NCBI RefSeq assembly: GCF_009914755.1
Contig: NC_060927.1
Reading direction: 5' to 3' (one strand)
DNA length: 64,000 bases
From: the human T2T-CHM13v2.0 reference genome, Homo sapiens
The translations under genes and the position numbers were made by a program. Positions 29,777 through 44,479 of the stretch are shown piece by piece (positions within the stretch are counted from its first letter, which is position 1; each line of letters opens with the position of its first letter). The notes below the pieces were generated by a model. That model had not been told where the DNA came from. It saw nothing but the letters and a program-made list of their open reading frames with translations, and ran no database searches.

Positions 29777-29900
29777 TAGGGGCATATATTCTTGTTTGCC
29801 TACACAGTCCCAGTTGAAACCTGTTGTGCCAGCTCAGCAAGCAACACTTTCACTCTCAAAAGTGTCCTGGTTTTGACAATAAATTACATGAGCCATTCTA
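29777..29900 (-). mobile_element. MER81-like element
   Basis: ctttcactctcaaaagtgtcctggttttgacaataaatta is the reverse complement of the same core. Confidence 0.6.
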
Positions 29901-31899
29901 ATTTATAATTATAAGGGAATAAAATGATCGAAAGTGTATGATTGATTGGCTTAAACTAATGTTCTCATAGTTAGATATTGTCTGTTATGCTTATTAATCA
30001 GTTTTTTCAGGCTTTAGTTGAGAGGGCTTCCCAGCTTCAACCCAAGCCTTAGAAAGTTACTTCTTCATCTCTAATTAGGGGCAATGCTAGTACTTCCTTA
30101 TGGGTTTGTTTTGGGGATTAAATGGGTTAATACAAGTCGGGTGCTGGTATGTAGGGAGTGTTCAGTAGACATTAGGTATTTTAATGTTATTAGAAAATAA
30201 TCAGTCAATGTTAAAAGTTCTAGAAAAGAGTATGCAAAAGACTGGCAAGGAGCAGAAAAATCAAGACCTCAAGTAGTATTGCCATCAATGTAAATCATGG
30301 CAGTTGGTTTATTTTTCCTCTCTCAGATGGCACAAAGTAAGAGGTGGGATACAGGTCTGCCTACCTCCAAAATCCTTTCTTATCCATGAGACCAGACTTG
30401 CTACTGCTGGGGTTGAGCTACAGTGGGTACCAGGCCAGGCAGGGCAGAGACCTGCCTTGTCTATTTCTGGGGGTGGAGTGGCAGGATTTGGTAAAAGGTT
30501 GTTAATGGGAATGAAGAAAAGAGGGCACTCAGATTTTCAGTTCAGGGGCCTGGGTATATGATGGTATTGTTAAGTGAGTTCAAGGGTAAGCGGCCTCCTT
30601 GGATGGGGTGGAGACAGAAAGTATTGCAGTCCTGGTGACAGCATGGACTTTGTAGTCAGACACCAGAGCTTCAAAACCTGTCACGATCACTTCACTTCCT
30701 AGCTAGGTGTGCCTCGGTTTCTTCATCTGTAATAGGATATCTACTATATAAGGTTCTTCTGGCGATTTAAAGGTTTATTAAAAAGTAAAGCATGTAGGAC
30801 AGTGACTGATGAGCACTGTGTAAGATTTGATCATTATCACTATTTTTAACTTGCCTCTTTAGGGGTTTCTATGGGAAGTATATCTATATATCTACAGTTA
30901 TCTTTCAAATAGCATTTGTACAAAACTTCAAAGCAGTCATCTATTGAAGCTTTTTAATAAACTTTATAGAAATCATTGCTTTCTTTTTTTACCATTTTTG
31001 TGATTAATAGAAGCGGCCCAGAAAAAGTTTACCCTTTATTTATTAATACTCTATCCCTTCCCAAATTTGGTTGGTACCTGCTGATATCTAGAGATCTGGG
31101 ATTCTATATTGCTTGAAACCTTGGTCATATTCTTCTATCTTTCCACAAATGGCTCAGGAATCCAATCAGGGTTCTCAATGTAGGCATTACTGCCCCAGAG
31201 AGTATTTGTTGATTTCAGGATATTTTCTTGTTGTCCCTATGTTCAGTGGCTGGGACCATGAATGCTTTATAGCATGCAAAGTATGAGGCACAATTCTTAC
31301 ACAGTGAAGAATTGTCCCATGCTGCTTATAGGAGTGACCCATTAACTTTCCCATGGGTGAAAAACTTGTTCATTAATATCTGAGCCTATAATTTAAGTCT
31401 ATTTTACATATAAATGTATTTTTTCTGGTTTAATAGACACCAGCCTAATTTTTCCAAGTATATAGCTACTGTCTACTAAATACTTTATTTGGAATCTTGT
31501 CAAGAATTATTTATTTTGGAGATCCACATCACTAATGGTAATGATATAAGTTGTGTTTGGGTCACAAATATTTGTATCTGTTAAAAATTCACATAATTAA
31601 ATGTATAGATCCAAGCATTTGACCACTTCATGTTGAATGAATGAATGACATTATTTCAAATAGTTCTGCCTAAGCATTTACATGTTCCATTACATGTCAT
31701 TATATATTTTTCTCTCCGTTTTTCCTTTGAATTATGATTATGGTTACATATACACTTGCAGGCAGGCCTTGATTTCACAGTTCTGACATGTATTTGAGTT
31801 ATCATGATTTAGTTAAATAATACCAGTCTCCCTGCAACAGTCCAAATTTTAGTTACCACATTATATTAACTGTAAGTAGTTGCATAAAGTACAAACTTA

Positions 31900-32540
31900 A
31901 TTGATAGCTCTCCAGTTCGCAGCTCATCATGTAAATAACATACAGGAGTGGCCAGTCATCTCACTTCTTTCAAAGTCTGTTGGAGATTGGTCACTGCACA
32001 TCTGGTATTCAGTTCATGCACAGGTGGCAGCAAAGTGTGTAGTTGTGTTGCCTCCTTGTTTGCCAATAATAAACTCCATGACATTTTACAAAAAGAGATA
32101 TTTGAAAGAGGGTATACCAACAAAAATTAAAGTTCAGGAGAGAAATGAAAAGTGATAATATAGGAAGTGAAATTTGAATCACAGGCATATGGAAATACAA
32201 AAGAAATAGCTAACCAGGGGAAGGTTAAACCTCTATAATATGCTGTTAGATGAACTTAATGAAGGCAAAGTTATTAACATCTACAGGGAACGGATGAGCT
32301 ATCCCAGAGTAAGTGATGCTGACAAGAAACTTCACAATTAAGGAATTTTTGAAATATTTCATGACGTAGAAAGCACAAAGGATAAAATGTTGGAAGTTGA
32401 CTCATACTTACAAAGGTACATGACAATTCTATAAGGCATAGAAAAAGATATTCACTCTGTATTATAAGTTATATACTGAGAAGAAGTCAAGAACTATTCA
32501 AAGACGTATGATATGGTTCAGGTTTTTTGCAAAATACATA
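31900..32540. mobile_element. Old Tigger-like DNA transposon remnant
   Basis: aaagcacaaaggataaaatgttggaagttgac...gcatagaaaaagat resembles an ancient Tigger consensus from memory; family and boundaries uncertain. Confidence 0.4.
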
Positions 32541-32945
32541 GAGGTAATTCATCATTGGGTAATTGACAGATGGCTTTCTGTGTTATGAAAGATATTTTGC
32601 TTCAGGCTAGCAGTAACCATCTTAAGCATTGTATATAGCTTTTTAAGACTGTTTAAAAACTATCATGGGTTAAGGGGCTGATTTACATTCTTTATGCTAA
32701 ACTTGTTAGCCTCAATTATACATGCTATGTGTTTGTCTGCATATATATTTATGTAAATGTGTCCAGAATGTTGAAAAGTCTTGCATGTAACATTTAAACC
32801 TATACCTAGACTTGGAGACCCTGGGGAACCTAGTATCTATTTGCAGATTCTTGTCATAGGCTGATTAAATCAGATGTATGGTTCAATTCTAGGAGTTGCT
32901 GGGGAGTCTGCCCAGACTACAACCACTGAATATTCTCGAACACAA

Positions 32946-33249
32946 TTTTTTTTTTTTTTTTAAAGACAGAGTCTTGCTCTGTCACGTGGGCTGGGGTGCA
33001 GTGGTGCGATCTCGGATCACTGCAACCTCCGCCTTCCAGGTTCACCCGGGTTTGAGCAATTCTTCTGCTTCAACCTCCTGAGTAACTGGGATTACAGGTG
33101 CACACCACCATGCCTGGCTAATTTTTGTATTCTTTTAGTAGAGACAGGGTTTCACCATGTTGGCCAGGATGGTCTTGAACTCCTGACCTTGTGATCACCT
33201 TGGCCTCCCAAAGTGCTAGGATTACAGGCATGAGCCACCACTTCCGACC
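32946..33249 (-). mobile_element. Alu
   Basis: Full dimer with T-tail. Confidence 0.9.
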
Positions 33250-35319
33250 GTACTCTAACATAATTCAAAGAGAAGTTGGCCAGTTTACTTTTATTAAAAA
33301 TGTTTGCCTAAACTGAAATAAAAGGAATTTCCAATTTAATTCTGTATCTTGAGTTTCCAACTAAGGAGAAAAAGAGATGTGTGTCTCTAAGGATGACTTT
33401 TTTTAAATCATTTTTATAATTTTAGATGATTTCCTTTCATTGTGGCTTATAAGAAAACTTCAAGAGTATTCAAAATGAAAGTTGCATTCAAAGTGAATCT
33501 TAGGAGTTTCTTGATAAATTGATGGAAAATTTTATTTAACACTGGTAGTCTTACTCCTCCCTATTCAGTTCTAATGATGATTTTGTATACTTTTGAAACT
33601 ATAAATTATACATTTTTAAAATTTTTCTATAAGTTAATTTAGAAAGAACAGTCTATTTGTAGCATTTTCCCATGAAATTCATGTTATTACAGCCTTGTTT
33701 TTTTTTTTTTACATCTGTAACAAAACTTCTTGACAGCATTAATTATTCTCATCAAGCATTTCCATATTACACTGAACTAGGCAGCTGCAGGATACACATT
33801 TGTATACATTAGCATTAATAAGGATGTTTAAAGGAAAACTTTAGCAAAGTGCTAGGCTGTGTTACTGTGAATTCGAATGCTGTAAATAGGACAAAAATTG
33901 AATTTTCTTCACCTGTTTTGTGAATTTTACCACTAGATGGTGATGGAAGACTGGGGAGTGTGCTGAATTCTGCATCTACTATGATACCTGTATTATGTTG
34001 AAAATCGAAAATGTTTGTTCTTAAGTATTTAATTTTAGAAGTCATTTAGGGGTATCCAGAGATTCTTTTATGTATCATGCTGAGCACAGTATCTTTTTAT
34101 ATGGCGTGTGCTTAGTATTTATTGATAATTGGCTTCTTGTGGTGCTTAGTCTGGGTACAGTCTTTATAAGATTTAAATGGTTCCTACGCTTTATTTTGTC
34201 CTTGTTTTCTGTTTTTTTTTTTGTTTTGTTTTTATTTGTTTTTTTCTAGTATGTCACATTTCCTTATGGTGGTCATTACATGTTTTTATGTTTAAGCTGT
34301 ATTTATTCTCGTTTGCATGTGTGCACACACACAAAATTTTGACGTATTTAAATTTCTGCATTCCCTTAGGCACCATTCTCTTGAAACGATGGTTGAGAAA
34401 CAAAATACTATTATACAATTTCAAATTGAGGGTAAAATATTTATGAAGTGGTTTAATGAATATAACAGTCAGTAACACACACATTGAAAGATTTTCTACA
34501 AGATCAGTTTCTCTGAATGTCAGTTTTATGAAGAATGGAAAATTTCCTTTTGGAAATTCTCTGAATATGTTTCTTTTCTGCATAAAAGGAAGAATAAATA
34601 CACTATTTATTGCTTTCTGAGAAGATTCTGAAATACTGAATGTAATCCAAAAGCCCTAAGTAAGAAATTTTGGATTTCAAATTTTAGATTATTCCCAAAA
34701 GCCAGTTTTGAAAAAGCAATCAAATGTAATTATTTTATTCAATATTAATAGAGTATTATGTAACTTCTGACACTAGCATCATGTATTATTCCCATTGATG
34801 TTATTTAGCTCATGTAAATGATTCATTTTTCATTGGCCTGGATAAATATTTTTCATGCCACAGCGTGGGAATTGGTATGAAATATAAGCAGTTTGATATT
34901 GATGGTTTTTGTCATATGACTTTTAAAAAAATAGGGATGATGTTCTCTATGTTTTTAGCCTACGTTTGAAGATATTCCATTGATTTAATAATGTCATGTA
35001 GGAGAAATAAAGCTACTATCACATTAAACATGCCTAGTAACTATATAGCAGTCTAATTTTAGAAACATTAAAGTGGGATTTAGATGTTTTAAAGACCTCT
35101 TAGAATTGAGGCCTGAATGAAAGGATTAAATGAGATATGGGATAGAGAAGTACTTGCTAAACTCCAGAGTGCTGAATGGAGCCAGTTGATGCTGTTAAAG
35201 AGGTCATACATTTAATAGCTTATATAAACACGAAAGTAGATAATATCATTTTTGAGATTATTGCCTGGGAGCTGTGGTGTGGTAGAAACAGAGGATGAAG
35301 AGGATAGGACATGTACTGA

Positions 35320-35890
<571 letters not shown>

Positions 35891-36626
35891 TGACTTTCTG
35901 GGGAAAGTGGAGAAAAGAATTGGCCTTTCAAATTGCCTTTTCTTAATTAGCTGATCTAAAATATGACTATCTTAATCTAGCCAGTGACACACAATTGGGG
36001 GCGGTGATAGCTATGCAAATGACCAACTGAGGTATATATAAATTCATGCACTTCAGTGTCCATTGCATTTATAGAATTGGAATCTTGATGGACAGATATT
36101 TTGATAGAAGTCCTCAGATAATCCTTTTAACCCCTTTGCCATTAACCTCTCTGCTAAACCTGACTGACTTAGATAGAGTAAGACACTAGACACTTAGAGT
36201 AAGATTCTTTGTAGTCCCTGAATTCTTTTCCTCTACCTAACAATGATAGTCATTGTTGAGCTAAGTTATTCTTGTGCTCTCATTTTTGCTCATTTGAGCT
36301 TCTTAGAACTTTGCAGTTTACAAGACTCTAAATGAAGTATTGTACTGTGTTATTCACGTGTGTTTGACTGTTAACCATAACGTCTTCTTTTAGTCAGCAA
36401 ACACGCCTTCACTCCTCCTCTGTTAATGCGTCTCCCACGAGGCATTTACGATGCTGGAGGGCAATCTCTTACCCAGAGGAATGAAAGGTAGTATCACAGG
36501 AGCATCACAGGAGTGGGGGTGAGGCATGAAGCACAGAGAGGAGGCAGAAGCATTTCCACAGCTCATTCCTACTTGCTTTTGGAGCCCTGAAGGTGGGCTC
36601 TGACCTGGACACAGAGGGTCCTAAAA

Positions 36627-36634
36627 TGAAGCCC

Positions 36635-36678
<44 letters not shown>
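36627..36678. repeat. (AC)n microsatellite just downstream of GPR87
   Basis: Pure AC run. Confidence 0.95.
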
Positions 36679-36681
<3 letters not shown>

Positions 36682-37122
36682 CTACCTTCATTTCTATAGT
36701 GTTGAGTAAAGGAAAAAATAATTTTAAAAAATCCCCACACAGAGAATGAGGGGATGACTGCCAAAGATCTTAGTTTATAGATGGAAAGTAGTAGTTTCTT
36801 TTCCTATCCTTCAACTTCAAGGATAGATATAATTCTCTTTTCTATACTTTTTGTTCTCTGCAAAAGTGGCTTCAGAGCAGCAGCTTTTCCTGGAGGATGG
36901 CCACAGTGCAGGGACATTGCTGTGGCTCATTCTGCCCTTTCACTCTGCTCCTCAGACTTCCAGCCATTAACCCTGCCATTCACCCATACGCTACCTCTTG
37001 TTTATCTCTTTGCTATGCTTTAATGTTTTCCTTACTTTCAAATTATGACCCCATTTCATATCATTTTAGTTCTTTGAATTCATATTTTTGATGGGCTCAA
37101 GCAAGGATAATGAAAAGAAACA

Positions 37123-37128
37123 TTTATT
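37123..37128 (-). terminator. GPR87: GPR87 polyadenylation signal AATAAA
   Basis: tttatt on plus strand 40 nt past the stop codon, followed on the minus strand by T-rich sequence. Confidence 0.75.
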
Positions 37129-37168
37129 TACACTTTGTACATATCGATTCCAACAAACAATAAAAGGC

Positions 37169-38211
37169 CTACACATCAGTGTAATCATAATATATGCGAA
37201 CTTCCGATCTTCTCACACTTTGCAGTGATCTGATGCTTTCACTCCTGGTTCTGATATTTGATTTTTTGAACAGCCTTCTTGAAAATGACCTACACATGAA
37301 AAAGTAAATTATTGGATCCAGGCAAACATTACACGCAGACAAGAAAAGTGTAATTTCTTTGCAGTAATATAGGATTTTTTGTGCAGATTCATCTAAAAGC
37401 CTGTCTAAGTGACTAAAAGTAAAAGGAATTCTGCACAAGTGATATGGTAGAAAGCAGGTAAAAAACACAGCCACAACAACCCTGATGCTCTGGTTATGTT
37501 TTCGCTTTCGGCTTGACTGACTTATGAATTGCCTGCTGGATTTGTGGATGTACCTGGATATGGCTATGTAACATCCGATCAGAATCACCAGCACGGCCAC
37601 AAACAAGCAGCTGTTCACATAGGTGACTGCCGTATGCCATTTGACCCCCAAAGGACTTTTAAGTTTTGAGCAGTCATGGATATTGTCCTCTGTTGGCTGA
37701 CCATTTGTCAGGATGATGTTTGGCAAAGACAAAACAGCCATGATCACCCAAACACAAACAGATAAAACCTTCGTGAAGGTTATGCTGTACATCCGAGAGT
37801 CCCCAAATGGCTTGACCACCTTCAGATAGCGATCAATGCTTATCAGCCCAAGGAACACGATGGAAGTATACATGTTTGCATAAAACAAAACTGAAGTGTA
37901 TCTGCAGAGAATAAACTTGAAGTACCAAGGTCCAAATCCTGCATCATGGACTATTCGAAATGGAAATGTCAGCGTCATTATGAGGTCTGCAACCACTATG
38001 TTTTTGAGATAGAATATGAAGCTGGTTTTATTCCTAATGTGGAAGAAGATCCACACTGCTAAACCATTCAGCAAGATGCTTGCCACAAATATAATGAGAT
38101 AAAGCACCGGCAAGACAATTGTGTCAAATTCATTGTGAAGGGTGGTGTTCTTTCCTGGCCCGTCGCTCCTGTTGCCTGAATTGTGACTCTCTTGGCCGTG
38201 CAGCTCGTTAT
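37169..38211 (-). CDS. GPR87: GPR87 exon 3, main coding exon of a class A GPCR of the P2Y12-like subgroup
   Basis: Seven hydrophobic segments, DRY motif ([12 protein letters not shown]), TM6 CFLPYHxxR, TM7 KExxL and DPIIY. The frame stays open upstream of the track's TTG start ([33 protein letters not shown]) to an acceptor ...ctcctacag| at 38212-38213. TAG stop at 37169-37171. Confidence 0.97.
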
Positions 38212-41200
38212 CTGTAGGAGAAGTGGGGAGATAGGACTTCAGTGCTTGGCAAGCATGCCCACAGGCTACTAGGTTCCCTTACAGACCCAACTTTTTGTTA
38301 TTTCAGGTGAACTTAAAGATGTCATCAATGATTTACAGAGTCAAGGTAGCACATTGTTAATGTTTTGAGTGGCCAAAGAATTAGTGACCTTCTCTCACTA
38401 CCCTGCCTCCCTCATATCAGGACCCTTGAGTAAAAAGTCCCATTTCTGATCCCCTTTGCCAGCCTTTTGAAAATAAACATACCAGTGTAAATTATTCCGA
38501 TTCTTACTCCCATGTTTGATATCATTACAAATAGAATCAACAAAATGTGGACAGAAAATTGAAATTTTCTATAACAAGAAAATACAATAGCCAACACATG
38601 GTTATTGTTTCAGTGTAGTCTTTGGCACCCTCTTTGAATATATCTTCCCTTCCCTTGCCTCAGTTTTAAGCTGTTTAATCATTAAGAATTAAGAAGCTGT
38701 AAAACTAGTGGGTCATTTTGAATTTTTTGCCTGTGACTTTCTTATAGTACTTAAGATATTTTAGGGATCATTGATAGGAATAGAAAGAAAATGTCTTGGC
38801 ATTTTTTGTAAATAAAAAGAAAATCTACTGTCTTCTAAAGTGAACAGACAAAAAAAGTCCTGGATACATACAGATCTGACTTGCTGATTCTCTGAAATCT
38901 GTTTTCACCTTAGTAGAATTTAAGTTGCAGGCTGGTGTGAAGTTACTGCTGATTATTATAAATATTTACATGTCATCTAGTAAATTCTTCATTAAAATGC
39001 ATTTGTATAGTCAGGAGTATCCACAAATGTGTTTTTGTATAGTCTAATGATAAATGCTGATTTTGTTTTCTCATTCTTATTAAGTTTTGCAGATTTACAG
39101 TTTATTACCAAAGAGGACAACTTGTTAAAAGTAATTGCAACCTGGTATATTTTTTTTGTTTACAAGGCTAGGTTACGCCTATTGTATTTATTGTGGGAAT
39201 TTTTAAACCTTTTGCTTCTTTGGAATTTTTAGTTTCTGTTGTTAAAGACCTGTACCATATCACTGCATCATATAATCAGTGAAATGGGTCATGAGCATTT
39301 GACTTATGTGGCAGCCATGGACATGGGCCTCTCATGTCTCCTACTGTGGGGAGCATGATGGACAGGTAGCTCCTGCTGTGGATCCACCACCACATTCTTG
39401 CTGCTGCCACGCTTCCCGCGGACTGCTCCAGGCCTGTGATTGAGCATGGCAGGGACACCAAGACAAACCTGTTTTTGTAAGAGGAGGGGTTTCTCTGACA
39501 AAGGACTTTGGCTGGAGGAGTACTTACCAGTCTTCAAACCTTTTCTTTGAACTTTCTTCAAACTGCACTGTTCCTACTCAATCTTCCTTCCTTCCTTTCT
39601 CCCACAAGTGGTTGGAAGGCTGTGCCAGCCTTCTGCTTGTCCCCATTTTCCCTGGTAGCCATTTTCCCCAGTAAATCTCTTGGCCATTTAAGCACATTTT
39701 ATCATCATTATTTTTGGGGAACCTGAACTAATGGAATTAATTTATAGATTCACCTTTTGGAGGTAAGGTTAGAAGGAAGATCATTTCTCAATTTTTACTT
39801 CCCTGTAATTAATAATATTTACTATAGTTATAATTATGTTTTGGAATGGTTTTGTTATAGAGATAACACCATGAATTTAAGCCCTCACTGCCCTGCACAC
39901 AGGCAGTTTAGTGTCTGTTTTGGTTCCCTTCTTTGAGGAGAGAAACAGGAAAGTTTTGATGATTAAAATCCAAAAACAGATTCCTAAATTGCTGCTTGAC
40001 ATCTAAGTGCAGGCTCTTCCTAATTCTTTCCCTTTTATTCCTTACCATGAGTGTTTTTAAAAACTGGTTTCCCTGACCTAACTATCCTTACACAGGCTAG
40101 TAATTTATATCTGGACTAGCCTGTTATGAGACCCATAGTATTACTAAGCTTTACAAGTTAAAATGCCTGATTCAGCAGCCATCTATATCACTGCTGCCAG
40201 TTTGTAATATTTCCTTGTACAGTATCATTCAAGCCTATTTTGATTTAATGACGTGTTGTAGTCTTGGCTGTTTTTGCATCATAAGATCCAAATCAGTATC
40301 AGTGACGTTAGGAACTTCTTAAGATGTGTGGCTTTAACTGAGTTAAGATGTCTGCTTGAATTAATTTACCCAATTAAATGATTAGCAGTCACTTTCATCT
40401 AACCTGGGATAGAACTCTTAGGGAAATAGAGAGAGGACATGTGAGTTTAAATCGGAATAAAGGGTCCAGCTGAGGGACACAGCCTGAAAAGGAGCAGCCA
40501 TGTCATCTCTTGAGGTGCTGGCTGTGCCTTGTAACAATTACTTATGAATTGCTTTTCAAAATCATTTTAAATACAAATATATTAGTTCATGAGCTACAGC
40601 ATACTTGGCAGGGAATATTTCAACTGCTTGTGTTGGCTCCCTGGGGATCTGCTATGCATACCTATCGTGGAGTGCAAGAACCCCTACTTCACAGTGTTGC
40701 TTAGGGATATGAGTTCCATATATCATTATAATATTTTAAAGTTTAATTATATGAACACATTCTTATTAAATGATGATATTGATGATGATTTTGCCTAACA
40801 ATTATGGTTATTATTAAAGATAGTCTCCAATCAGAATGTCAAAAAAGGTTGTGTGTGTGTGTATACATATATACATATATATATATTATTACTCTCCTGG
40901 TTATTACTTCATTCACAAATTTCACATTTAGGCAGCAAAGCTTAAACAAATTAGTGGTTAAAGCCTGTTATGGGTTATTTGCTGAAACAATATGGTAGTA
41001 GAGACAAAAAATGGTTTGTAAGAAGCAGATGAGCCATTACTCATCTGGTTGCTCTGGAAGGCTCAAAACTTAACTTTGAGAGTTTCGTGTGATTAATTTG
41101 TTTTTTAGAATTAAGTTTATATCACATTCTTTTTTGCCAGCTAATGCCCATCATTTATTCTCTATCATTGCCTTAAATATTTCCAAAACGTATAGGTGTA

Positions 41201-41764
41201 CTCAGAAGCATTTCTCTATATGATATTTCCACTCAGGAATATTGACCAGTAAAAGTGAATGGCTTTCTTCACCCAGGCAGTTTTATCATGTTGTTCTTCC
41301 CTGACAGTAAAGAACTTGGCCAAGTTAGGAAACATCTTTAATTGACAGTAGCTTGGTCATTCAGTTAAGAAAAATTAGAAGCTGTTTTACAGTGTAAAGG
41401 CTGTTTTCTCGCAATATGTGCATGCAATGTTGGATATTATCAAACATGATTTCCCCATCCCTTCTTCTTGTTTACTAGGGTGGTATTCTCTGGATTGTAT
41501 AGTGCAGGGCTTGACACAGAGCGATAATTGAGAGTAAAACCTACTTTGGTATTCTCTCTGACTCTCATTCCAATTCCTTTTAAATTAACAAATGCAGTGA
41601 CATAACTCAGTTTACTAGTTCCGTAGTAAATTATTTTGTGCCATGTGTGAGGGTGGTATTTGTTTGGGACGTAAGGGAACTTTGGCTGTCTTTGCCGGGG
41701 GGAATAGGTTTGTGCATGTGTGTGTACAGGACTGAGTGTGTGTGTTGGGGAATGCTTGGGCTTT

Positions 41765-41957
41765 GTAGCCAGATATAGCACAAACCACATGTGGCTTTAA
41801 ACTTTTAAATTTAAATTAAACATAATTTAAAAAATTAATTTCCTCAGTCATACTAGCTACGTTCAAGTTTCCCGGTAACCACATCTGGCTACTGTATTGG
41901 CCAGTGCAGATACAGGGAATTTTCATCAATGCAGAAAGTTCTATTTGACAATGCTGG
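41765..41957. mobile_element. MER3/MER33-like hAT-Charlie element
   Basis: ccacatgtggct...ttcctcagtcatactagctac...gcagaaagttctatttgacaatgctg. Confidence 0.65.
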
Positions 41958-42314
41958 TTTAGCCTCTTAATAACTGTAAAATGGAATACATAGCTGTCTT
42001 GCTGGATCTTCTGAGAGTTAAATGCTTTGCAAACATTTTGACTACAGTATCTAGTACTTAGTAGGTATGCATTCTATAACATAAAGCTTAATTACCATTT
42101 CTCTTGTTAATAGAGTCACATTATGAATGACAGAGTAGGGAAGAATCTGCCACTTTTGCCTTTGGTGAAGCTACATCATTGTTCACTGGGACGTGACACT
42201 TGGCACAAAATGTGAAAGTCTCAACATATGTCACTGCTCTACCTGCCAGGTGGGAATGAAATAATAAAAGTCATTCAAATTATAGGGTGTCACTACCAGG
42301 GCACAGCTGCCTAG

Positions 42315-42704
<390 letters not shown>

Positions 42705-43082
42705 TAGATTAGGTAGATGTTATCTCTGGCCTCTTGGGGAACCTCATGAACCTTGGTTTAGACTATTAAATCTGGAAAGTAATACGTAATTTTAGTTTGT
42801 GTTTAAAATCTTCCATAAATATTATTAATTTAATCCTACTTGTCATTTTAGAGATGATGTCTAGATGAAACAAAGTTTAAAACAAAATGATAGCAAGCTA
42901 AATTTATCTCAGCGATACTGTCCTGCATGTTTGCTGTTTTATACATAAGGAAACACAAAGCTAAATGCTGGTTTATTTTGTTAGTTGGTTCTCTGACCAT
43001 TAAACTCCCCAAATTCCCAAACAGTGGAAATAATAGTCATCAATAAAGTAAGATTTTCTTTGTATCTCTTACGACGGCTTAC

Positions 43083-43116
43083 TTGGTAATTTTGCAAGCG
43101 TCAAGTTGAACCCCAT
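43083..43116 (-). CDS. GPR87: GPR87 exon 2 coding part (MGFNLTLAKLP + first base of Asn codon)
   Basis: ATG at 43116 in strong context (aagaATGG); donor CAA|gtaagc at 43082. Phase 1 joins exon 3 in frame (A|AT), giving 1077 nt = 358 aa, matching the GPR87 N-terminus as I recall it. Confidence 0.93.
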
Positions 43117-43214
43117 TCTTCAGTTGTGATGCACTGTAAGCAAAGATGCGTGTCAGGAAACACTTGGGGACGATTGAGGCGTGGGTTCAGCATAGGTTAT
43201 TCCTGGTTTGATTT
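43117..43214 (-). other. GPR87: GPR87 exon 2, 5' UTR part
   Basis: Pyrimidine-rich acceptor ...ttttctccccag| immediately above 43214 on the minus strand. Confidence 0.85.
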
Positions 43215-44479
43215 CTGGGGAGAAAATGAAAAATGAGGAAAAAATCATCTGGGAAGGAATTTTAAAATACAACATTTTGGTCTTTTCAGTTAAAGCAATT
43301 GCCTCCACGATTCAGAAAGCATGTGCTCTTTGGAGATGAACACCTGGGCCACACAGAGTTGCCCTCTTTCATAATTCCCTGCTGGGAGTTATGTCTTGTG
43401 GGTGACTTTGGCTACATACCTTAACATTTCTGAGCTTTGCATTCTTCACAACATCTTAATAAAGGTTAGCTGAGACCATATGTATGTGCAATGTTGGATA
43501 TTATCAAACATGATTTCCCCCACCCCTTCCCCTGCAGCTGGGTCTGTTCCCTGTTCTCTGGATTCTATCACGTATTGACCATAGAAAGCAGAATTCCTGG
43601 GAACTGTTCTGGAAAGTGCAGCTAAAGTAAAATATGCTTATAGGACAGTTTACCATTAGGGGAAGTCACACTCTTTCTCATGAAATAAAACCATGTGAGA
43701 CTTTCAGGTCCCATCACTGATGTTGCTTAAAGAGACCCCAAGTAACCTCATTCTGTCCAATCACAAAGCAAACTTGAGGCTGGTGTGAGCAGTTACTTTT
43801 GTCCCTGCATATGTGCTGAGATAGCAGGGAAAGGGCATGTGGGAGGCAGGAGTATGTGTAAGAGTTTGCAGTAAGTGGAGAGGCAGTTATTATTTCTTTT
43901 TATGTTCCTGTGTGTGTCCTTCTCTTCTGTTTGCAAATATCACATGTAGCTAAGGTACTTGATTTGGTAGTAGATGGAAAAAATGGTTTTTAATTTTTCA
44001 GTGATGCTCTCCACCCAGAATCCACTCTTTTGAGAGTTTAGACAGTCTATCCATACGTCACCTTGAACAGCTCCGGTATGTGGTACACAGCAGAAGTCAG
44101 AAAGTGTTTTTTTGGTTAATGCAGCATAGGCAATGATTAAGGCTCTCAGAATCCCTCCTTTTTGGGTGCCAGCATCACATTATTTTTTAATGTAAAGCAA
44201 AGAGGTAAAACTCTACTTTCTTTTTATTTATTAAAGTTTACTGGGGAGAATGACTGACGCAGTTAATTTTCTAGACTTTATAATAATGATCTTTGGATTT
44301 CAGTAAGCCTAAAAAGCTTGAATCCAGTTTCTCATGGAAACATTTCAAGGAAATTGCCTGATAAACACATTTTTAGTTTTATGTTTCTCTGTTCTCAAGT
44401 TGTATGGTTGTCCTCTTCAGATGGCTTCCTGTAACCTTCCTCACTGACAGTTGCAGTAAGAGAGAGAGAGCAGACAGTT

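Noticed and set aside
38111-38113. ORF-track start for the 314 aa GPCR
   Set aside because: It is an internal TTG (Leu). The frame continues to the acceptor at 38211 and the true ATG is in exon 2.
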